Below are positions 40,101-51,000 of a stretch of 64,000 nucleotides of DNA, piece by piece (the stretch's first letter is position 1; each line of letters opens with the position of its first letter). Under the pieces are notes generated by a model. It saw only the letters and a program-made list of their open reading frames with translations, did no database searches and was not told the origin of the DNA. Location of the stretch: the NCBI RefSeq assembly GCF_964204645.1, contig NC_134026.1, forward strand, positions 25,888,150 through 25,952,149. The letters are read 5' to 3'. The DNA comes from Tubulanus polymorphus. Taxonomy: Eukaryota > Animalia > Nemertea. Position numbers and translations under genes: made by a program.

Positions 40101-43100
40101 AATTTCTTTCTCAAGGAAAGCAATCTGTAACAGATAGATGCATAAATATCAAATAAAAGCGAAGACTATTGTACCAGTAGTTCTGTTTTTTGTCCTGAAA
40201 TCCTTACCCTGTCAATGTCAGTTTGCATACGTTTCTCAACCTCAACATATTCAGTCTTGATTTCTACACGGGGTGGGATATTTCTGACACGTTCAATATC
40301 ACGTTCAAGGAATGCAATCTACAATACGAAAGTGGAAAATTGCCAACCATTTGATCAAACTAACATTTGCTCAAACATGTACCTGTGGTTTACTGGGAAT
40401 TGGATTTATATTTCATATGCAAAATAAGATCTTACCCTGTCAATATCGTTTTGCATACGCTTCTCAACCTCAACATATTCAGTCTGGATTTCTACCCGTG
40501 GTGGGATATTTCTGATTCTTTCAATATCTTTTTCCAAGAAAGCGATCTGTAAAAATAATTGAATTACTACAGCAATATTAAAATTGACAGTATGGTTTCA
40601 CAGTTTCCAGAACGGTTAAAATTACCCTATCAATGTCAGTTTGCATGCGTTTCTCAACCTCAACATATTCAGTCTTGATTTCTACACGAGGTGGGATATT
40701 TCGTACGCGTGTAATTTCATTTTCAAGATGAGTAATCTGTTATCAAAATAAAAAAGTAATAAAATCCAATTTAGAGTAGGAAATGTTTGAAAAGTTTGTG
40801 ACGCATACCATTCGCTAGCTTACCCTGTCGATATCAGTTAGCATACGTTTTTCAACTTCAACATATTCAGTCTTGATTTCTACGCGAGGTGGAATGTTTC
40901 TGATTCGAGTAATCTCATTTTCAAGATGAGCAATCTGAAAAACACCACGGAGATCAATTGAAAATACAGTTACTTGAGTTAAAGGTTGATTTTGCTAATA
41001 AACTATTGAAATATACCCTGTCAATGTCAGTTTGCATACGTTTCTCAACCTCAACATATTCAGTCTGGATTTCCACACGTGGTGGGATGTTTCTTATTCT
41101 TTCAATATCCTTTTCCAAGAAAGCGATCTGTGAAAAAAAAACCGAGTTAACATACTGTAGAATAGTTATTTTGAGATATATACACATATAAGTTGGATTT
41201 CCAATTCCCGGTAGCAATTACCCTGTCAATATCTGTCTGCATGCGTTTCTCGACCTCGACATATTCAGTCTGGATTTCTACGCGTGGTGGGATGTTTCGG
41301 ATGCGAGTGATTTCATTTTCAAGATAAGCAATCTACACCGTGGAATATAAATTTCAGGTAACTTACTCACTTATTCAATGAATAATTTTATTAATGGACC
41401 CGTACGCTCTGTCTATACCTTATCGATGTCGGTTTGCATACGCTTCTCGACCTCAACATATTCAGTCTTAATTTCTACTCGTGGTGGGATGTTTCTAATT
41501 CGTTCAATATCTTTTTCCAAGAACGAAATCTATGAAAAGAGTTCATAAACTGTAGTTTCTATGCTGATATTAGATAATAGAAAGAAATCTAAAAATATTA
41601 ACGTTTTTAAAAACCTAAATGATTATTCTAATACCTACCCTGTCAATGTCACTCTGCATTCGTTTCTCAACCTCAACATATTCAGTTTGGATTTCTACAC
41701 GGGGTGGGATGTTTCTCAACCTTTCGACTTCCTTTTCGAAGAAGGCAATCTAAAACAAATAGATAAGTGCGCATGAAGTGATGCAACAAAAAACTGCCAT
41801 GCAATATATGAATTGACTTCTCGGATATTAAATCATACCCTGTCGATATCAGTCTGCATACGTTTCTCGACCTCAACATATTCAGTCTTAATCTCTACGC
41901 GAGGTGGTGTATTGCGGAAAGTTTCAACATCTCGCTGCAGTTGCTCAATCTACAAAAGTTGTTAACAAAATATTCTCTTGCTGTAAACAGGCTGATGTAA
42001 GAAATCATACAAGCCCAAACAAGATATGATTCCTACCAATAAGATGTCATTTTGTTGCCGTTTTTCGACTTCCACGTATTCAGTTTGAATTTCAACACGG
42101 GGTGGGGTATTGCGGAGTTGGGTCACTTCAACTTCAAGTTGGCTGATCTGCATAGAAAATCAAATATCGCCAAATGTGAAATAGTCAAGATTTGGTGTTT
42201 TTGCCATTTCATGAAAATTTGCTTACCCTGTCAATATCACTCTGCATACGTTTCTCAACTTCAACACGTTCTGTTTTGATTTCTACGCGCGCTGGGGTGT
42301 TTCTAAACGTCTGCACTTCACGTTCAAGGCGTTGTATCTAGAAAATGGACGTCGATTACATTCACCTGATTCTTAACTACAGACAGCCAAACACGAAAAT
42401 CAGAAATACAAAACTTACCAAATCAATGTCGCTTTGCATGCGCTTCTCTACATATTCAGTTTTATATTCAACACGAGCTGGTTGATTCTTATAGGTTTCT
42501 ACCTGTACGCGATAAGTCTCCAGTTCTCTCTCCAAATACGCAATCTACAAAGATGCGGCGATAACATAAGTCCGCGCAAGCCTTTCAATACGAAGTCCCT
42601 CATATTTTGTTCATAAATCGAATTTCCGAAAGTGGGAGGAAATAGAACCTTAGGGGATCTACGAATCTATGTAAGAATCAAATCTAGCATTTACTTAGGT
42701 TCTTTCTCAAACTCGGTGTTATTTTCTTGTATTTGAGGGGCAGTCAAACCATGGACGTATAAACTAGTTTATACGTACATGGTCAAACAAGCAACATGAT
42801 TTATAACTCTTCGGTTAGCATTCAATAAATAGAAGAATAATATTTACGCGATCCAAATCAGCTTGTGATGTTTTCTCAACATATTCCGTCTTGTACTCGA
42901 CGCGACCAGCCGTAGCTCGTAGAGTTTCTACCTCCCGCTTGTACTTTTCTAATTCCTTTTCCAAGAATGCGATCTAACGTAAAAATATCATTGAGTTAAG
43001 ATCAATCAGAAATGCAGACATTTCTTGATTTCATGATGAAATTGAACATACCCTTTCTGTGTCCTTACTACTGGTTTGAATGATAGTTGTAGAACTAGAT

Positions 43101-44046
43101 GGAGCTTCGGCATAACTCGAGTAAGTCGACTCCCTGACTAACGCCGGCCTGTTCAAATCAAAATCCACATTTTAGAATGTTAACATCCATTGACATCATA
43201 TGTGACTTACGAAAAGTGAATTTTCAAAAGAACAGAGTTTGACAGTTTTGATGGGAAAACCTACTCAGAGGAAACATGCGACACTTTTTGGGTAGTGATA
43301 GTCTCTGTGGGTCCGTAGTAGTGTGCCCCAACTGAGGATGATTCGTATGTAGTACTGTATGATTCCGGAGCACTACTCTTGTAAGTAGTAAGTGTGTACT
43401 CAGCTGGAGTCGAATGAACGGTTGTATATTCAGTAGGTACTACCGATGAATAAGACTTGCTAACAGTAGTGGAACTCGAACCATTGGTTTCAGTGTAACC
43501 ACCACTGCTGGAGCCTCCACTTACAACAGTGTAGCTACTGCTGGAACCTCCACCAACTACCTGTTTACCACAGCTGCTGCTTGAGCTTCCACTAACTACC
43601 TGGTAACCACCGCTGGTGCTTGAGCTTTCACCAACTACTTGGTAACCACCGCTGGTGCTTGAGCTTTCACCAACTACTTGGTAACCACCGCTGGTGCTGG
43701 AGCTTCCACCACCTACCTGGTAACCACCGCTGGTGCTGGAGCTTCCACCAACTACCTGGTAACCACCGCTGGTGCTTGAGCTTCCACCAACTACCTGGTA
43801 ACCACCGCTGGTGCTGGAGCTTCCACCAACTACTTGGTAACCACCGCTGGTGCTGGAGCTTCCACCAGCCACCTGGTAACCACCTCCGCAGCTGCTGGAG
43901 TTTCCACCAGCTACCTGGTAACCACCTCCGCAACTGTTTGAGCTTCCACCAACTACCTGGTAACCACTGCCGTAGCTTGAGCAGCTGTAACCACCATTTA
44001 CAGCACCACTCGTCATCATATAACCACCATTCATATTGTAAGACAT
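37186..44046 (-). CDS. Gene D: Gly/Ser/Tyr-rich head, about 24 exon-encoded ~37-aa rod modules, Ser/Thr/Tyr-rich tail; unknown family; about 29 coding exons
   Basis: Head exon 44046-43265 (phase 2), linker 43148-43052, repeat exons from 42973 down to 38103, tail 38021-37449, then 37363-37290 and 37193-37186 (ends ...AYSHSYYN*). All junctions are GT-AG and frame-compatible. Confidence 0.88.
37681..37900 (-). repeat. 45-bp coding minisatellite (about 5 copies) encoding SSYESAPTITETRKV in the gene D tail
   Basis: Units start at 37681, 37726, 37771, 37816 and 37861; a degenerate copy lies near 37540-37577. Confidence 0.92.
38103..42973 (-). repeat. Tandem array of homologous symmetric exons in gene D (mostly 111 nt, spaced about 200 bp apart)
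   Basis: Examples: 42337-42227, 41949-41839, 41127-41017, 40546-40436, 39927-39817, 39527-39417, 38740-38630, each reading AG|ATH...|GT. Variants of 105, 117 and 126 nt occur near the ends. Confidence 0.93.
42744..42787. mobile_element. 34-bp palindromic DNA-transposon relic (fused termini) with 5-bp target-site duplication
   Basis: TCAAA|CCATGGACGTATAAACTAGTTTATACGTACATGG|TCAAA; the palindrome has one mismatch and sits in an unusually long intron of gene D. Confidence 0.65.
43550..43975 (-). repeat. 39-bp coding minisatellite (about 11 copies) encoding GGYQVVGGSSSTS in the gene D head
   Basis: Directly visible in ORF 43261..44046 and as repeated GGTAACCACCGCTGGTGCT...GAGCTTCCACCAACTAC on the + strand. 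Confidence 0.93.
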
Positions 44047-45490
44047 ATCGCCCTGGAAATCATCAAATATTTTTCTAAGTAACTACAGCTAACAGAATTG
44101 ACTTCTGTTAAAGGATTTTATATCTAGCTTGACCGTTGTCAAGTTCACGCCCCTTTCTTTACAATGGGTCATGACCTGCTGGCACGGGGAATTCTGACCA
44201 ACCATGCGTACGAGAACTTCGCCCAACATGTTCATGGGTAAGGATTGTGTAGTAACTAAGCGGCGTTGTCAATGAAAATAATCAACAAAATAATGTATAT
44301 ATGGGCGGGGCGGAAGTGCGCGATCTCCGGTTTTATAATTTGTAAGTTTTATGTCGTCGCATGTCAAAACAATGAAAATAAAGAAATGAAAAATGAAGTT
44401 ACCTTTAAACTTTTATCCCTCGTAATATCAAAAGATTCTTCCGTAGTTTCTGTAATAATAACACATGATGAATTAGTGGACCCAGTTTATCTTGTAATAG
44501 ATACCTCGATATTTGAAGGAAGAATTTAAACTTAAAGAAATAGATGTATTGAAACTGTTCGTACACATGTTCAATTAGATACGTATAATCGTAAATAGAT
44601 TGTCAAATAAAAAGATTCTCCAATGCATTTCAAGAGTTTCTGTTAAAGCCTCTCGCTTTAATTCGATTTATGCGCAATTTTTCAAAATAACGAATAAACG
44701 TTTCATAGAAAATAGGTAAACAAAAAACGCTTCAAACAACATATTAGTACTTGATTCAAGTAATGAATAAGTTGATGATTTCGATGATTTCTTCATTTGG
44801 ACCGACCAAGGATATATATTTCATATTTCAGTAATGAGAAGAAATGTACATGTAAAAAGGTGCATGACGTAAAGAATTCGGTTTAACTGCGACGTTAATG
44901 CTTCCTATGAAATGAATTTCACACTTTAGCGGTAAATAAATGAATGATGTAGCTAAATGAATATTCCCAGCGATAACCATTAACAAGTTAAACTGACCAC
45001 AGCAAAGTCAATCGAGTTGCAGCACTACGACTTACGTCCAAAGGTTACAGTTTTTCCTAAGCTCGACATTTTATATGATATTTATTTTTTTCTGCTGCAA
45101 AAAAATCGTCAACTAGTAAAGACAACTTTTACAACGTACTACCGATAAGATGTTTTAATTTCTTTCGGCTCTAGTATAGACTTAAATATGTTAAAAACAA
45201 GCTGTGTTTTAGAAAAGTTCATGTGGATTGTGAAAGTAACACGCTCCCCATAAATTATTCTCAGGTACGTATCAATTAGAAACCGAGTCAATGATTAGGT
45301 ATTAGTTCTAATTCTGTATTCATATATTGTAAAACCTTTTTTTAATTCCTATAAAACGATAAGTGGCTGGTTTTAAAACAAGTAAAAATATAACTTAATG
45401 AATTAATAAATTAATCGATACAGTCTTCAAATAAAAAAGCAAGCTAAAAAGCAAGTTAGTAATCAGGAAAAATGCTGAATATAGACTTAC

Positions 45491-45610
45491 GGCGTTCAAG
45501 GCAGACAAGCTCTCAGCACGGAACTGGTTAACAGTGTCTTCCTGTCTGAAGTGACGTCCAGTGCGACCCTTGACCGCATTTTATTCAGCTTCGGACCGTG
45601 ACCGCCACTG
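45491..45610 (-). promoter_or_regulatory. Putative promoter and non-coding first exon of gene D
   Basis: GC-richer island with a strong donor GTAAGT (45490-45485), TATA-like GAATAAAA about 30 nt upstream of an Inr-like TTCAG (~45549), and a matching acceptor TTCCAG 6 nt before the ATG at 44046. Confidence 0.45.
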
Positions 45611-47680
45611 CACATCGCCCAGGGTAATAGTCCAACGAAACGTGCGCCGACGGGCAATGCGGGATTAACGGCTATGGGTTGAAAAATCTAAAACAATAAT
45701 AGGTCGTCTGGATATGAATAAGTCTGCCGAAAAATACACTTATGTAAGCGAAGGATTATTCTAATACTTGAAGAATGATAAATTATTGTAAAACGTGAAA
45801 GGAACAAGCCCTGGTGATTGAATTGCTTTCGAAATATATTCATATGTCAACAATGTTTTTCAAGTTTATTCATATTTTTCATATCATGAATATCTTTATG
45901 AATGGATTCCTTTTCGCTGAAAAATAACGTTTTATGAGACAAATAGATTATTTGTGTATGAATTAGTATCAATATTTCATATCATTGTAACATCCAGTTT
46001 CACGATATACACAGCATTGATTTCAAAACAATATTTTCAACAGCAACACAAGAAACACAAAATGTTGTCAAATGATGTCAGAACTGTAATGTATTCATGG
46101 AAAATTGTCTCAGGTGGCCATAATTGAATATCAAATTAGATAAATGAACATGGAGTGTCGCACTGGTTGCCTCATCTATTCATAAATACGGCAATTATTT
46201 TCGAAGATAAGTCATGCATACCCTATCCAGATAATGACGAATATGGCATGCTTTGAATTGGGAGTGTCTAATTAAAGAACAGGTCATCTAAGCAGTGCAA
46301 AATTAATATCGAGTGGACAGCTTTGATTTATAAGATTCATAGTACTTTAGTAGACATTCGTCTTTAAACTCGGCGGCGTCGAGGCCAGGGCTTTGTAATT
46401 ACTAACTGTAGCCTTACGCCCGTTGTTTGTGATTACTAAAACGTTTAGAACACCCCTCAAGTTAACTTGGCATAGTTCAAAAGATTTCTACAAATCGATT
46501 TTGCTAATTATTCCAAGAAGTCAGGAAAGATATGTTTTGGCAATATACCTTAAAGTGTATGTTGAGATTTTATGAAAAAAAATCTATGAACTTGGCAAAT
46601 CTATTTTTCATGATATACCCAAATTATTCTCATTGAATCTTGTTTCAAAATATTTTTCTCCCTTCTCTCTTTTTAAATCTCGTCCAATGATTTAAAGCTC
46701 TGACTAAAAGTAAATCCTTAATACCAATTGCATAATTGCAATTACGTCATTCGTTTTATTCATACGTATATCTATATAAAACAGAACATTCTTGAAATAC
46801 CTACGCTTCAACGATTATATGCTGCAATATTCGGATTAATTTTGCTAATTGCGGATTCCAACGTGCGTACTTCGGGTATCCAGGTATAGCGCTTCGCTCG
46901 GTTGAACAACTTAAGCCTGGACATAAAACGGGCGAACTCTTTACGCAGTTGTCCAGTCGATCACTGTATACGTGTTCGGAGCACTGTCGCAGTACTGACG
47001 AGAGAGTACTCGGGATCTTTAGCGCAGTAATGTAAGTAAAACGTTTTAAACGATCCGATAGTTGTATAAATTTATCAAGTAACAGATACGATCGTTTCAT
47101 CATGGACCTAAAACCAAATTATTCACGAATCACAAGTAATCGTAACTTTGTTATTTTGATCAAAATGATACGTATATATTTGTTTTTTCTGAACCAAACA
47201 TGATTTACAATTCACTGAACCTCATTATGAAGAATAAAAGGTTATTGAGCGGAATTTAAATGTTAGTAAATTCCATACCTTTTAGTGGATGACAGTTGTT
47301 AAAGTTTTTTTTTAACATTTTCAATTTTTGTCGTAAAAACAATGGATTTCGAGGATGTATTTTGTAAAGATAGATTGACTGCTTTGCAAAATCATTCCCA
47401 AGGCAACTTTTTCGGTTTTATATCTTAATTCAATAGAAATTGGTTTGTTTGATGTGACGAACAAGATAGTATCATTTGTCAAATATTGATGATCGTTTTC
47501 AATTCTCAGTTGTAAAAGAAGAAACGAGAATGTAAAAGAATGTTTGACATGTTAATCAAATACAATTAAAGTCATCAACAAATTAGAATTCATTTGTTTT
47601 CACAATAGAAATGACTAAGAAAAACACGAAGAAATTGATTATTGAAAATTATTAGTAATATTTATATATACAATGTAAAA

Positions 47681-47703
47681 GGCGTGGCGTTAAGATGGCC
47701 GCC
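47681..47703 (+). promoter_or_regulatory. Sp/KLF-like and YY1-like motifs upstream of gene E
   Basis: GGCGTGGCG followed by AAGATGGCCGCC in a GC island about 350 nt before the ATG at 48054. Confidence 0.4.
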
Positions 47704-48053
47704 AAAAATACGCGACCAAACGGTTGAATGCAGACCAGTGGTCGAATAAAAAGGCACCTGTAGCGCCTAACGACATAAATAGTAATATTGCAAGTCAATG
47801 CAGGTTCGCCTCGCTAGAGTGAACCTCTTTTTATATAACAAGACTACAGTAGAGTAATAATCCAAGGCTTTTACATATTATAAGAGATTTCTGAAATATG
47901 ATTTGTTAACACGAAAACAGATTAGCCGGACTTCGCTTTAACTGATTTGACACCAGGTCAAAACGGCTTCTCTACAACTCTTAGAATAAGATTGGCTTTC
48001 TAAATTTCTTTTGTTTGATCTAATTTCAGTAAAAGGGAAAGACGACGATTGAA

Positions 48054-51000
48054 ATGTCGAGACCAGTAAATAGAGTATCGGGTAAATGGAAACCAACAGC
48101 GAAATATTTCATTACTGTAGTGTAGAATATCTTTTAGAATTGTAGCAAAAATGAATACTCTTCTATTTCAGTCCCCCAGGGTCATTTGACCAATGGAGCC
48201 AACGGTAACGTTACGATTACATCCTCAAAAACTGTTCAAGGTGTAAGTAATCAAGACATATCGAGAATTGATTATCTATTTTCAAAATAGATTTTGAAAT
48301 ATTTTGGGTTTTATATTTTAATATTTCTATTGTAGCACCCTACTGGTGGGAGACGAGTTATCAGCGCTGAGGAATATCAACAACGATCTCGCAGCGTGGG
48401 TGCCAACCGACCGATGACTGTCATCAGCTCCCAAGCGGCCAGTCGCAGTAGCAGCGCGTCGGCAACTGCTCATCAACCTGCGAACTCAACTACTGTCATT
48501 CAACAGTCCAGAGCATCGTCTTACCAATCGGCCCCTACTCCACAATACACAGGGCGTGTGACGTACTCTGCTTCCTCCAGCTCCCCTACTTCCAACACCG
48601 TTTCGAGCCGTATAGTAGCATCAAGTGCCTCGGCTAACTATTCTAGCCCAGCGAGTCAATCACAGACTTACCATTCTGCTCCTTCTAGCCGATCCAGCAG
48701 CCAAAACCGCATTGTCGTATCAAGTGCTCCAGCAAGCCAATCAACGACTTATCGTACAGTGACAGGTTCCCCCCAAACTGCTAACCGTGTCGTGGTATCC
48801 AGTGGCTCAACGACAAGTGAAACACGAATGTCGATACCAACATGTCAGACTACCAGTCAGACACGAACCGTCATATCCAGTGCCCCAATAAGCAATCAAA
48901 CATATCGCACAGTTTCAAGTGCTCCTGCAAACCATTCTACGAGCCAGACAACCCGTACCGTAATATCTAGTGCCCCAACCAACCAGGTCACTCGTACAGC
49001 TACAACTGCTGCCCCTACAAGCCAACAAACTACTTACCGCACAATTTCGGGTGCCCCAACTAACCAGACAACTACATATCGAACCGTTTCCAACGTACCA
49101 GTATCGCAGGCTACGGCTTACCGTACTACGGGACCTGTGAATCAGACGGTCGTCGCATCCTCATCAAGCTCGACTACAATTCGCCCAGGCACCGAAAGAC
49201 AAACAGAAACTCGTGTCCAGTCTGCATCGTACAATACCGTCTCTGCACCTCCGGTCACCCAAACAACCGTCCGAAAGATCTCCAGTGCTCCTGTTGAAAC
49301 AAGAAAAGTATCAACCACTGACTACACGATCCAACAGAAGTAAGTTGGCTCTTACGTACTTTTCCCCAATATCAAAGATATTTTCCGAACAAAATCTCAT
49401 TATCATTAACTTGGTATTTAAAAAGTATAGATACTGTTTCATCTCACATTGATGGGCGGCGTTTGGCTTATAATTAGGACATGTTGATGACCTAGAATCT
49501 GAATGAACACCCTTAGAATTAATAGTGAATGGACAGTGGGCGTTCACGGTTTTGTGTTTTCAGTTCGTTCTGCTTAACGGGCAGGTTTCTACCAACAACA
49601 CGTTTAACCTTTCGCCCAAGTTAATCAGTTGAACTAATGGTTACTTTACTCAAGCGTACCAGTTTTATTCAAGTCTTTAATTGATAAATGTACTAACATG
49701 TAGGAATAAGTGCAGCATGCGTACTAAGAAAATAGAATCAACTTTGGTAGATTCTTACGAATGTCGCGAAAATTTGGAAAAGTGACCGGCCAAAAAAATA
49801 TGTGTAGACACTTTTGTAACAAGGAAAGAATTTTCAAGGTCTCAAACTTTAATATTCGTATATGGTTTTTTTCTTCAGGCCAATATCAACCTCAACCACG
49901 ACAGTTGTAAAACAAAATACGATTACTGAAAATCACATATCTTCTGCTGCTATGACTGACGTAGGAAGCATCGTCAAGCATGCTAAAAATAGTAAGCAAT
50001 GATCCTAAAGTTTTTTCTCTTGAAATGATATCGTATATACTTATATTTGATGCAGTTCCTTGAGAAACCAATAAATACTAGGAATATCTAAGATGATTTT
50101 CGATGTTAAAATGATTTGCTTATTGATTTACAGTTGACAGCCGCGCGCATGAGATGGAGGAAATTATCGCGCAACTTCGCGCTGAACGTGTCCAAATGGA
50201 AGCAACAATCAATCATTTGGAGAAACAGATTGAAATCTATACAGGAAAAAGTTTCAGTACCATTGAAATGCAGACTTCGGTTATGCAAATGGAAAAGGAA
50301 CTCGCTATTAGAGACAATGAAATCGGAAAATTGAGGCGTGAGGTAAGATAGGTGATAAAAAAAACATGTTGCTCCATAAATTTACCATGGCAGACTAGCA
50401 GTTCGTGTTCGTATGACATTTCAGCTAGAAACCAAGTCTAAAGATGGAAATATACCAGTGGAGGCTGTGGTAAAGGTTGAGACGGCGAACGTTGTACGAA
50501 GCGCTTTAGGAAGCGTCAAAGAAGAAGATGGATTTGATGACCTTCGAATACAGGTACAGATATCGTTGAATTTTTGCATTTCAACGATGTACTGATTCGA
50601 TTTGTATCAAAATTATATACAGTGAAATCATATTGATTAAATACTGAAGAACTATCTTGTGTTTTAGCACGATGCAGAAAAGGAGAAATTGCGTGATGAA
50701 ATTGGAAGGTTGAAAAAAATGAACTCTGATCTGACGGATTCGACACTGATTCTCAACGCCCAGGTAAAGTTTCATCTGGGGATATTGAGATCGATTCTAA
50801 GTGATTTAAGGGATCCTATCATTAAAATATATTATCGGCGTTTTAGATTGAAGACCTAAAAAAAGAAGTAGCGGTCTACAAAGACGAAAACAAATTGGTA
50901 ATTATGTTGTGTATTTCTATCAGGAGGCGTATAATTTTGCCACAGTAAAAATCTGAAAAATTCTATCGATGTCCAATGAAACAAAATGATCTTGTTCTAT

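Noticed and set aside
38103-42973. CRISPR-like appearance (conserved repeats separated by unique spacers)
   Set aside because: The repeats are 111-nt coding exons with synonymous variation, the spacers are GT-AG introns, the DNA is eukaryotic, and no cas genes are present.
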